A stretch of 64,000 nt of DNA from NCBI RefSeq assembly GCF_009914755.1, contig NC_060928.1; one strand, written 5' to 3'. The position numbers and the translations under genes are program-made. The stretch is from the human T2T-CHM13v2.0 reference genome, Homo sapiens. The notes under the pieces are model-generated. The model worked only from the letters and a program-made list of their open reading frames with translations. It did not search any database and had not been told where the DNA came from. Of this stretch, positions 27,870 to 40,651 are shown in pieces. Each line of letters opens with the position of its first letter. Within the stretch, counting starts at the first letter, position 1.

Positions 27870-28166
27870 TTTTTTTTTCCCGAAACAGGGGCAGGCTCTG
27901 TCGCCCAGGCTAGAGTTCAGTGGCATTATCAGAGCTCACTGCCGTCTCAACCGTCTGACTGAGCTCAAGCAATCCTCGCACTTAGCCTCCTGAGTAGCTG
28001 AAACCACAGACACGTGCCACCTTGCTTGGCTAATCTGTTTATTATTTGTAGAGGCAAGGTCTCACTATGTTGCCCAGGCTGGTCTCAAACTCCTGGGCTC
28101 AAGGGATCCTTCCGCCTAGGCCTCCCAAAGTATTGGGATGACAGGTGTGAGCCACTGCGCCTGGCC
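27870..28166 (-). mobile_element. Alu (J-like)
   Basis: Diverged reverse Alu. Confidence 0.9.
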
Positions 28167-29283
28167 CAGTGTTGCTATTTTTTGAACAGAAATGCTATAT
28201 TTAAAAAAGGGTGTTAGCAACCTTAGTTATATCTACACAAGCAAGGGGTTGCAAGCTGAGTGCTGGGAAGCAAAGCTGTAACAATTGGAGTCTGAAATGC
28301 TTGTAGGTTTTACAAGACAGAATCACTTCAAAAGCTGGGGACTTAAATACTATATTAGGTAAGTCCACGTAGCTATTTCTAGGGACGCCTATTTAAATGA
28401 AAAATAGCTTAAATTTGGCCCTTACGGCCTTCTGACATAACCTACTGATCAGCAGGCAGTGTGTGTGGGTCGCTTGGGCTCAAGAAACAGGGCAAGCAAA
28501 GCAGACAACCCCAGCTGAATGTGTAGGAAATCAGTCATGAGCCAGTGAGTCAGCAGGCTTTAGGAGTCTTTTATTCCTCCTGCTATAGACCTCTTTAATG
28601 TGGTTACATAGTGTTCCCAGTTAAAAAAAAAAAAAAAAAAGATAGTGAGTCAAACCCACTACAGTGAAATCGGTGGTCATGAGTATATTCCGCAACATCT
28701 CTACAAGCTCAGGTTCCTCCTGAGGTCAGTCTCCCCACAAGGGCTGAATTAGGAAACAAGTTCAAGTCCCCCTTGGGGGCAGGAAGGGCAGGAAAACCGT
28801 GAACATCTGCATATCAAAGGTTTCCGAGGCCAGAACTCTCACCAATATTTGACTAACAGGAACGCGATGGCCAGTTATTTTGTGCCACTCTCCTATTTAA
28901 GTGCAAAAGCAAATGATGCCGTTGAGGATTTCTTAGGGGTAGAGAAGCCCAAGCTTTACCACTCATAGACTCATTCATCTCCATCTCCAAATGGGCATCT
29001 GCCAGCCATAGCAGTTAAATGCCCCTTGTGTTGCTACTGTTTATGCAGGAGAGGGATAGGGAGGTGGACGCAGGGCGAAAGTGAGAAGGGAGAGTGAGAG
29101 AGAGGAGGGCAAGGAGTAGAAGGGGGAGAGGCAGAGCCAAGTAACTTCTAAAGAGACTGCCAAAGACGTGGCTGGGTTCTAATGCGGGATCCATCTCTAG
29201 GGTGCAAAGGAGCATGTAGAACCACAGTCCGGGGGTAAAAATGATTCCTTTTTGTTCCTTCTAATACCTAACATGTGGTCTAT

Positions 29284-29558
29284 ACAGCTGTTCCCCTTCA
29301 GGATACCCAAATCCAGATGCTCAAGTCCCTGATATAAAATGGCATAGTATTTGCATATAACCTATGCACATCTTTCTGTATACTCTAAATGGTCTCTATA
29401 TTACTCACAATACCTAATATGATGTAAATAAGTAGCTGTTATACCGTATTGTTCAGGGAATAATGACAAGGAAAAAATGTCTGGCAATGTTCAATAGACA
29501 ATACCATCCATTTATTTCCATGGAATATTTTTAATCCACGGATACAGAGCGCCAACCG
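29284..29558. mobile_element. MER2-like Tigger DNA element
   Basis: ggatacccaaatcc.agatgctcaagtccctgatataaaatggcatagtatttgcatataacctatgcacatc. Confidence 0.75.
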
Positions 29559-31375
29559 CGTCCTTCTCAGCATTTACATTTTACACGCATCTTAGCCTGC
29601 TCAGAACTCCATCATGTGCTTCTTTTTGTAAAGACACAAAACTACTTTTCCATCCAGTGACCTTTCAGAGAGGAACTCTGGCCATCAATTCTCATATCTA
29701 GCAGACTACATCTTTGATATATTACACTAGGTCTTTTAAAGGCCAGCCCCTGGGCAACTCCCCCTCCACAATAATTTCTAAATGACAATGGACAGATATT
29801 TTTAAAATTCCCAGATTCCCCCCAATACAGTGAACTGTAAATGTCACAAGGTAACAATGAGGCCTCACGCTCACTATTCGTACTCACTACTGAACTAGCT
29901 GACTTCCCAAGATCCTTTCCTCCCAGCTGAGCACAGAAGGGCAGAACTATCCTGACACTGGCATGCAGGAAAGATGGGAGGTGAGTGAATGTGTATGGAG
30001 CCTGCTAAAGGCCAGCCCCTCTCCAGATGAGGAAGCTCAGACTTGGGGGGGCTGCTTCCCTTCTCAGTCCCATGTCCACCACATAGTGGAGCAGAGCTTC
30101 GAACCTAGCTCAATGAGACATCCAGGTACGTCAAGGTTTGCTTGGCGGTTCACAGGCAGGTCCCAAACATGCCCACACCTCCTTCGTCTGTGTGTGGAGA
30201 CATCCTTCATCCTTGAGGAGGCGGGGTCCAGGTCACCTGTGCCTGGCTGGGTTTTCTGATTTTTCAACACTTGCTCCTAACCCTCAGAACCTTTTTTCTT
30301 TTCATTCCTAGTCCATCTCCAGTTTCCAACTTCCCGGCTCCCCACTATCCCAGAGGATTTGCTGAAGAGGGACGGGGGTAGGGGTAGGAGGCTGACACGG
30401 TACTTCGCAAAACATCTCATCACCAGAAAAAAAATCAGCTGACCACAAACCCGCCTCAATGAAAGGGAAGAAAATTTGAAGTCACAATGTCCAAATTCCT
30501 ACAAATACACATTGTTCCAGAAAATAGGACTGCCCGTAGAAATTTACATGCCAACCATTTGAATATACAAGGCATCTGCTTCACTTCTGCCTAGTTCAAA
30601 GGGAGCCACATTCCCATCTACTACCTTTGGTCAGCTTTTGGACAATGGGTGCTGAAGGTGTTTTGTCAAGAAACACAGCCTACGCTGGTCATTTTTCATT
30701 TGGCACCAGTTGGTTCCATCTGGCTATTTTTAAACATAAGTAAATATTACAGCACGCATTTCCGTCCTTTATGCGTTTCTGTCATCAAACACGTTCTCTG
30801 TTTAATGAAGCCTGTGAGAAGCGACATCATTTGTACAAAATCAAATTGTGTTTTCAGACCTGCTTTATCATATTCCCTACGTATCTGTAGTGACCTTTAG
30901 CTTTTTCTTCCTGGGTAAAGAGAGCCCGGAAATAGTTTTTTAAATATAACAATCAACCTCTTTCTTTCTTTAAATTCCTAAGCCAGGCACTTAATACTCC
31001 TGTGGCCTGGTCTTGGCATAAAGATCAGAAACTCTGCCTTCAGTTCTCACCCTGCAGGCCACCCCACCCAACCACCACTGCTCATTACCAGCTCTAACAC
31101 TTTTCCCACCTAATTCAGCCACCTAAAAGCGTCCCTAAGTCAGCAGACAGGTCTTACAGTCTCTTAGAAAGCAACTCAATTGTTTCCTGTAATGTAGATT
31201 TGTAAGAAAATGTAATTTAGCAAGGTTTTTCATAACTTGTTATTAAGAAGCTCATTAAGTTTTAGAAAAGGTGCTGAAGTTACCTCAAGGCATGAAAATG
31301 CTGATGTTTGCACCCTGCCAGAATAACATTTCTAAATAAAAACACCCCCTCTAAGCATAGTCTCTCCATCCCAGC

Positions 31376-31816
31376 TATGCTGGTTAATACTGAGTGTCAA
31401 CTTGATTAGATCGAAGGATATGAAGTATTGATCCTGGATGTGTCTGTTGAGGGTGTTGCCAAAGGAGATTAACATTTGAGTCAGTGGGCTGGGAAAGGCA
31501 GACCCACCCTTAATCTGGGTGGGCACAATCTAATCAGCTGCCAGCATGGCCAAAATTAAAAGCAGGCAGAGGAATTTGAAAAGACTAGACTGGCTTAGCC
31601 TCCCAGCCTACATCTTTCTCCCGTGCTGGATGCTTCCTGCCCTCGAACATCAGACTCCAAGTCCTTCAGCGTTGGGACTCGGACTGGCTTTCTTGCTCCT
31701 CAGTTTGCAGATGGCCTACTTTGGGTCCTTTTGATGGTGTGAGTTAATGCTCCTTAATAAACTCCTATATATCCATCCTATTAGCTCTGTCCCTCTAGAG
31801 AACCCTGACTAATACA
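31376..31816 (+). mobile_element. MLT2A (HERV-L) solo LTR
   Basis: tggttaatactgagtgtcaacttgatt start, AATAAA at ~31756, gagaaccctgactaataca end; 5-bp flanks ccagc/ccacc. Confidence 0.88.
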
Positions 31817-33739
31817 CCACCCCACTGCCCCAACTGCCAGGATCGCTTGCCGCAAATGTCCTCAAATGCTGGAATACTTTTCAGGAATTCTCTGAGCACA
31901 ACGTCAGCAAAGTTGCTAGGGGTAGAATTAAAAGGGGAAATCTTTGCTCCCATCTTCATTTGACCATTTGCACAATTATGTTGCTATCAAGACCATGGAA
32001 TAACAGGCCATGGGGAACACTGACCCGGAATCTGCAATCACATATGGTAATAAATGGAAGTTAATGCCTAAAAACATCCCAGATTTCCATAAGGATGAAG
32101 GATAGGGATGTAACCAGAGCATTGGATCAGGAGATTCTTCTGAAGTCTCACACAGGCTTCTAGTTAAATACACATCGGATAACTGATTTCTGTTCCAAAG
32201 CTTCCCAGAGATGAGAATTAGGTTTACATTTACAAATGACTGTAGAAACAGTATTTATTAGGTCATATTTACAAATGACTGCAGAAACAACCAGATGCTA
32301 CTACTGTTCCTAATACTTGTCCCTGCCTCTCAGCGTTCACCTGATACCTCCCACCTGGTTCAAAATCATTCATCTATTGCCCTGCCTTGCAACTGACTGT
32401 GACAGACCTTCTTCAGACCCATCAGGCTGGTGTCAGTGAGGGCGAGTGACACCACCATCCAACTCAACCCCAGCTGCCCTTCCTGGACAGCTCCCTTCCT
32501 GCCCACTCCTGGCAGTTTCCACTAAGGCTTGTCTCTAAATGTCTGCCTCACAGACACGTGTAATCCTGCCCAGATCAACAACAGCTCCCGCTCACAGCGG
32601 GCCCCAGCCACTCAAGTCCAGAAGGGTGTCTCGCCGCCCTTAGCGTTTCCACTGGCATGATCCCTATAGGCCCACACTTGCTTTACCTCCACAAGTCTGG
32701 TGTGAGTCTTCATAAAAACTTATGAATCAACGAGCTGCTCTCTTCTCCTGCAAAAATTATTTCTCCTAGTTTGCAAGTGGGCCTTTACATGCGTACATGT
32801 GTGAAGTATGGTTACGTGGAAATGAGGGATTCCACCAGCCACACGGGGAAATCCTACTTGGTAATATGCTCCATATACACCCTCTAAACATGGATGAAGG
32901 ATGCCAGTCCTTGTTGCAGTGTGCATGTGAGCTGGAGGTCTGTGGTTTGTTCATGCAGGCCATGACACTGAGAAGGCCTCTGGTGGAGTGTGACTTTTGA
33001 GTTGTAAACCATGCTGTTGATTGAGCGTGGCTCCCACAGCCTGGATATGTTGCCTTTAGTTTGCTTCTTCCAAATCCTTACCTGAGAATGAACCCACAGC
33101 TGTAGTTCTATGGCATGAAAACAAGTCACTTGCATTGACTGCTCTAGTCTCAAGATGGCTCTCACCCTCTGCCAAGGACAAGGGGTCCGAGCGGTACTTC
33201 CTGCTGGCCTGGAGCTCCCTGAGGGCAGCAGCCTTCTCTGCCCTGGTACTGTGCACATCATGCCAGAAAAACTCAAGTCCTTGCTGAGTGAATATAGATC
33301 TGATAACTATTCTCTGTGACTTGTGGAGAATGAAACCCAAAGCGCCACATCCTCTGTGGCAGGCTTTATGAAGCATAGGATTAAAATGCTAAAGCAAGTC
33401 GCTAACCATATATATGCTAACATATGGATGTACAAATTTCAATCTCTCATGCAAAAGGGCCACCGGCCAGCATGTGACCTGGAGGTCAAGAGATCGTTTG
33501 GTGTGGAATTTAGTCATCCAACTAGGAAACGAGATCAGTTATACCCAAGGAACTGGTTCTGTGTATTGTAAGATATGAACCCATGCTGGAACCAAGGTCT
33601 GATAACAATCTAAACAGTGAATCTGTGATAGACTAACTGGGTTAGTCACCAGAAGTAAACCTTAATCCAGGTTCTGATATTCTTAAAATTAAGTCTTAGA
33701 AAAGACGTGAAGGCATAAAAAAGTTTTTACTTGCTAAAA

Positions 33740-33745
33740 TTTATT
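33740..33745 (-). terminator. AATAAA polyadenylation signal downstream of the PRG3-like retrocopy
   Basis: tttatt on the plus strand, ~195 nt past the ancestral stop codon. Confidence 0.5.
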
Positions 33746-33914
33746 CCCTTCTCCAATATCTAAAAACAAACAAATAACACATATCACAGGTTTTTGTTCA
33801 AGTACATTATGATCTTGTAGTAGTTGTCAAAAATCTTTCCGAACTAATTTGACAAGTCAGTCATCTCAATGCCCATACCACGGCTCTCATAAGGAGAGGA
33901 ACTCACATATTCTC

Positions 33915-34460
33915 TCTGGAGGGTCTCCATCCCGCTGGCTTAGAAGGAGCAGGTGAAGGGCAGATGCCACTTGCATGGGGCTCATCACCAATGGCCCCCT
34001 CTGGCAAACAGGGCCACACAGCAGCCATTCCCATTCCCGGGTGACCCTAAGGCCCAGTACCCAAAATTCCAGTGGCTCCTCTCGGTCCAGCGAAACTGCT
34101 TCCACAGCAAGCAGCCCTTGAGGATGCCTCCAATCCAGAGCAGGGCCAGGCTGGCTGTGCCAGCGTAGCACTGATTGTGATCACTGGAGGTGTAGCTGCA
34201 GACGGAGATAAGGTAGCCTGCAGAGCATCTCAGACATTCTGAACTTCTGTGAATGTCACAGGGGTCCGTACTAACTGGGAGCAGCAGGTCTTGCACACAG
34301 GACTTGCCTGCACTACTACCTCCTTCAGCAATTACAAAGGTTCTCATCTATATTCATAATGGTTCATGGCCTAAATCTCTCAAACTCTGATAGGTGGACC
34401 TGAAACCACATCAACACCAACTCCTGCTCTGATTCCATCTATGTCTGACCTGGTTCAGGG
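33915..34460 (-). pseudogene. SLED1: Processed pseudogene of PRG3 (eosinophil major basic protein homolog, C-type lectin); SLED1/RTFV9368
   Basis: Intronless VVQASPVCKTCCSQLVRTPVTFTEVQNV-(frameshift)-RCSAGYLIS...WIGGILKGCLLWKQFRWTERSHWNFGYWALGSPGNGNGCCVALFARGGHW**APCKWHLPFTCSF* aligns to the recalled PRG3 C-terminus. ORF 33985-34347 begins MRTFV. 5' boundary approximate. Confidence 0.88.
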
Positions 34461-34544
34461 ATAGAGGATGAGGGAAGGACAGAGTCACTCAGGTTTTCAC
34501 AGTCCTGTGCCCCCTTCATGCCAGTCCTCTCCATTACCTGATTC

Positions 34545-34890
<346 letters not shown>

Positions 34891-34956
34891 TAGACTCTGT
34901 TTTTATTTTACCTGTCCCTTTTGCTCCTTCCATTTCCATCACTACCTTTAGACTCA

Positions 34957-35321
<365 letters not shown>

Positions 35322-36288
35322 TCAAGCCACTGACTCTTCATATTGATCTGGACAGATCCAAACTTTCTATCCTGGTTTACTGCCCCCTTCCCCAAAGCCC
35401 TAGTTATAATATACAACTTTCTACTACTATAATGAAGGCAGCATAACAGAGTTCTGGACCTTCTACTAACTGTATGATATAATTTTACCTCTTTGGACTC
35501 AGTTTTCTTGTGTATAAAATATGAAGATTAAAAGACAAAGGGAAAAAAGTAACATTGCTGCATACTTATTGTGGGCCAAGCAGACATTGCATAACTCTTC
35601 AGTCCTCTTAGCAACACTGAAGGAGGAAAGGTACTGTCACTTCGGTTTTCCATATGAGGAATCTGAAGGTCAGAAAATCCTGGTGAACTTGCCCAAGGTT
35701 GCCTGGTCTAAGTTGGAGTCCAGTCCCACATCTGCCCCATCCCTCTTTTCCCTGGTCCCTTTCCGCTCCAACATGCTCCTGTACTTTGCTTAACTGCAAC
35801 CACGTGTGTCTGGGCTCCGACCAATCCGAAAAGGTTTCCAGTCACTCCAGTGAAGATCGTTTTCACTAGGGGGCCATGGGGCTTCAATCTCAGAGAAGAG
35901 GCTAAAACATGTAGCCAGGCTAAACCGGAACACTGGCTAACACCAGAAATCTTGCATTATCTGTGACAGTGATGTAAAAAGAAAGCAAACCCACAAAATC
36001 TGCTTCTATCCATTGCTCAAAGTCACAGAGCAGCAGCAGCAAAATCCTTCAGAAGATAGAAGCTCTTCCTTGGCACGCAGGGCATCACAGTTATGACTGT
36101 GAGCTGCCACTACAGACACAAGGACGTGGTTCTCCAGACAGGGCCCTGATCAGTCCGGGCTCCAACACTTAAGAAACACTTTTTGGATTCTGTTCCTAAC
36201 CCAGCTTGTCTGTCCTGTTCTCTAATTTAGGTCTTCATTAGAGGTGACCAGCATGAGTGTTAACCTCCTCTTTACAACCCTGATTTTT

Positions 36289-36582
36289 ATTTTTCTTAGG
36301 GACAAGGTCTCGCTCTGTTGCCCAGGCTGGAGTGCAGTGGCACAGTCATAGCTCACTGCAGTGTCCAACTCCTGGGTTCAAATGATTCGTCCACTTCAGT
36401 CTCCCGAGTAGCTGGGACTACAGCCATGAGCCACCACACCCAACTAATTAAAATAAAAAAATTTATAGAGATGAGGCCTTGCTATGTTGCCCATGCTGGT
36501 CTCAAACTCCTGGCCTCAAGCAATCCTCTCACCTCGGCCTCCCAAAGTGCAGGGATTACAGCATGTGCCACTGCACCCAGCT
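36289..36582 (-). mobile_element. Alu (J-like)
   Basis: TSD tacaa(c/t)cctgattttt. Confidence 0.92.
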
Positions 36583-38747
36583 CTACAATCCTGATTTTTA
36601 AAAGGAAATTTCAGAAGGTATAATTTACAAAGAACCTCTGTGCTACTGCCTTAAAAATCAGTAGCTGGGAAACAGCCAGCGTGGGTTGTGATGAGAAGTG
36701 GCCAAACCAAAAAGTGCGGATTCTTCTCATTTTAGTATCCGTGTAAACTTTATTGGACAAGGAGGGTGATAAAAACTGTGCATGTGAGATGGGGGTGCAG
36801 AATGAGGGTGGGAACTGGCAAACCCTGCTTACTTGTTTTCAAAGTAGGAACACAGCAACAATATTCCACTCCGGCCACCAGCCCCCCGCAGCAGTGCCAG
36901 ATGCACAGGCTCTTCACCGGTACCTTATGAAGTGAATCAAGTTCCTCTTTCCCTGCCCTAGGTGTCCACAGGATGATGCTAGCTATATCAAAGCATCTGT
37001 AATTATTAAGCACCAGAATTCCAGAGCTACTTTTAAATTTAAACTTTTAACTTCTTTTTTAAAAAGGCAAAGCAAGCTCAGTATCTATTTCTAAGCCCCA
37101 CAAATTCTGAAAATCAGAGCTAAATCAATGTCTATAAACAGAGAAAAATCAGGAAGCCTCTATACTGGGCAGTAAAATTATAGATTTTCATTTCTTGCTG
37201 CATATCTCAAGTTTTAAACTGTTCTAGAGAGAACATATGTAATTATTTTAACAAGGCACAATGCCTTTATGCTAAGCTAAAGCTTTAAAACCACACGTAA
37301 GTGCCCCCACAATTTCTCATATAATAGGAATTACTCATTTCTTACAGTTACTGCTAAGTTATACATGTCTTAACACTGCACTTGCCAACAACTCTTCATG
37401 GAGATGGCAGCGCTGCCGTGACACATCAGGTGCTCTGCCAGTAGAGAAGGAATGCCAGAACCTCACAGGAATCCCTTAGGAAAAGGGAGATTCCACTCAT
37501 TCCCCAGCCTATGTGATTAGCTGAGGTGAAATATTAAGGTACCCTGACCTTCTAAATAGAAATCAAGTAGAAAGTTAACTTTTCTCAGCTGTAGTTCAGT
37601 CATTCTATATTTATATTTTGGCATGAATTAGACTGAAGAATCTTTTATATATTTTAAGAGTTTCACATTAATGAATCCAAGAACTTGTCTAAAATAAAAC
37701 AAAGACCTAGAATCCCATAAATAACAAAAATGCTGACTCCAGCCAGGGCTTTATGTGGAAGGGCACACACTCCCTCTGCGGCAGTCAGCCCGGGGGGGTG
37801 GGGGAGGCCTTCCATCTCTTACATCTGGAAGCAGTAAATGGGGGGATCTTGTGTTTCACAATGTTCTTCTGCATATCTGCTGAATGCGGGAAACACTGAA
37901 GGGTGACTGACTTGGGTAGGGGAAAGCAAGCGACCACAGAGAAAACCAAAGAACAGGTGAGGAGTGGAAGCACCAGTGAGCATGCGGCCTCTTCATCTTC
38001 TCCACACCCTGCCTTTCTCACTAGGGAAGGCAGGGAGAGCAGGAGCACTAAGAATCTTCCTGAAAGGATCCTAAGGTTTCCTTACGCCATCCCTCCTATT
38101 AAGCCCTAATTGCCCGCATTCCAGTTTCATTTTCCTAACATGAGAGCACAGCCTCCAGTTTGCCCAAGTCACACACAACCACGGCGCTCAGCAGCCCAGC
38201 CAGACGCGCCTCTTGAGGGTTGTTTCTTCATGTCCTGCCCCGAATTCTGCAGCCGTGTTCTTCCGTCAAGTTCTTACTCCAGCCCTATTCTATTTGAAAT
38301 CCCAAAGTCCCTTCCAACAGGCTAGGGATATGTTCTAAGCGTCAGATGTACCACGAGTGCATTCTTTTGGTAACATTTGTTTGAAAACTCTCATTCCTGC
38401 CAGAATCTAATCCCTGTGAGAACAGGGGTTCTGTGCTATATTTTTCCTTATGGAATCCTCCAGGCTGACCACAGTGCCTACCACAGCGTAGAAACTCAAT
38501 GTCATTTCTAGAATGATCTTCCATGTGACGAGAGGTAGACACCCAACCGACACCCTCTCATCTGTCCCTGTGCCTATATTTTGCCCTGTACCTCTATTTA
38601 CCACCATCAGTAATTTGGCACATTTCCATTTACAAAGTGCAGTTATAAACAAATATTTGATCTTGATGGCTATCACATTCAACAGGGCTCAGCTCATCTG
38701 GGGAAATGCGGAGAAAACGCACGAGGCAGGCTGGGCCCTCCACTCAC

Positions 38748-38942
38748 CGCCACTTCCACTGACTGCATGGAGAGGTCGCATGGCGGCTTCAGGGGTTTGG
38801 GTCTCGTGGCGTACCAGAAGGTGGTGAGTGCTGCAAAAGCTCCGAAGCCCATAAGCGTGTTGGTCGGAAGAGTACGCACGTACTGTCGGAAGTCAACCAG
38901 CTCTGGCATTCGAAAATACCGGAACAGCTCATGGGCTTGCAT
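38748..38942 (-). CDS. ACSL1: ACSL1 exon 2 coding part (195 nt, codons 1-65) with N-terminal hydrophobic anchor LMGFGAFAALTTFWYA; exon spans 38748-38974
   Basis: caacag|AATTCAGC..GGACAATGCAA...GTGGCG|gtgagt; 32-nt 5'UTR in the exon. Confidence 0.98.
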
Positions 38943-39725
38943 TGTCCTGTGTTGATAGTTCTCTAAGCTGAATTCTGTTGGGAGAGAAAAATGTCACGTT
39001 CGTTCCAGGGAAGCAGGACCCCTCTCCAGAACTCCAAAATTCCACCGGCCAGCCATCTAATTGGGTAGCTGCTCGGCCAGTCCAGGCATTAAACCCACAA
39101 TCTAATGATCCGGGGCTTTTCCTGGCTGTCAAGTGTCATTTTTCTAAAAACACTTTAGGATTTCATTTTCATTCTATTTCTCCATTACCTTGTATTGAAA
39201 AAACCCCATTCTCTTCCTTTCATTAACCATATTAAAAAGATTTTACTCAAGAAGAATTCTTCCCATAAAAACTCAAATAAGTAGATTTAAGTTTCTATTT
39301 TCTTCTTTGCTACTACGTCTCTGCTCTCGTCCATCCACCTAATCAAAAACACTCGACTCTCATTGTCAAGGCTAATGGGAATATGAGTGAAGGGGAAGTA
39401 CAAGCCCAAACCACCTAAGGGCCATCAGTTTCTATTTCTTCCAACAGATCTCAGAACAAGTTCCCAAACTGGTTAAACACACCAATGTAAATTTCACCTT
39501 CTGTACTCCTCACACGACAACAGTGGCAATATAAATGCTGGGAAACCCATAGTTGGCTATCTGGTAAGATGAGTTTCTTTTACACTCCCCAAGACATTAT
39601 AGCCAAAAGAAACAAACAGATAAATTGGTGTGCATAAACTTTAAACCAACCACCAGATATCTAAAGAGGGAATACAGCACAGTGTTGGAAAGAAAGTACA
39701 GAATAGTATTTGAGATCCTAGATGC

Positions 39726-40031
39726 AGCCGGACGCGGTGGCTCATGCCTGTAATCCCAGCACTTTGGGAAGCCGAGGCGGGTGGATCACCTGAGGTCAAG
39801 AGTTTGAGATCAGCCTGGCTAACACGGTGAAACTCCATCTCTTCAAAAAATACAAAAATTAGCCAGGTGTGGTGGTGGACACCTGTAATCCCAGCTACTC
39901 AGGAGGGTGAGGCAGGAGAATCGCCTGAATCCAGGAGGCAGAGGGTTGCAGTGAGCCGGGATCGTGCCACTGCACTCCAATCTGGGCAACAAAGTGAGAC
40001 CCCGTCTCAAAAAAGAAAAAAAAAAAAAAAG
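39726..40031 (+). mobile_element. Alu (S-like)
   Basis: TSD aga(t/c)cctagatgc. Confidence 0.95.
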
Positions 40032-40345
40032 ACCCTAGATGCTAGAGCCAAATTCTGCCTCCCTGGCATATGAGCTGTATGATTTGGGACATATGACCTC
40101 CCTTCCCTGTGCCTCAGTTTCCTCATCTGTAAATGGAGACGGAAATAGCACCTTATCTCGCAGGGCTTTTCTGACTGCTAAATGACTCACATAAAGAGGT
40201 AAGAATGATCTCACACACGTTAGAAAGTGCTCAAAAATATTAGATTTTATGATTATTTCCTCTACCAACGCTCTGTGATTCATCCTGAGTGCAGAACAAG
40301 TAAAGCACGCAGGTAAAAACACTGCCTACAAGGAGTGTTCAGACA

Positions 40346-40651
40346 AAATTAAGAAGCTTCTGCACAGCAAAAGAAACTACCATCAGAGTGAACAGGCAAC
40401 CTACAGAATGGGAGAAAATTTTTGCAATCTGTCCATCTGACAAAGGGCTAATATCCAGAATCTACAAAGAACCCAAACAAATTTACAAGAAAAAAAACAA
40501 AAATTTACAAGAAAAACAACAAACAAGTGGGCAAAGGATATGAACAGACACTTCTCAAAAGAAGACATTTATGCCACCAACAGACACGTGAAAAAATGCT
40601 CATCATCACTGGTCATCAGAGAAATGCATTGTGGTTTTGATTTGCATCTCT
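40346..40651 (+). mobile_element. Internal L1PA ORF2 fragment without poly(A) tail, terminal 25 nt inverted
   Basis: agcttctgcacagcaaaagaaactaccatcagagtgaacaggcaacctacagaatgggag...catcagagaaatgca. Confidence 0.88.
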
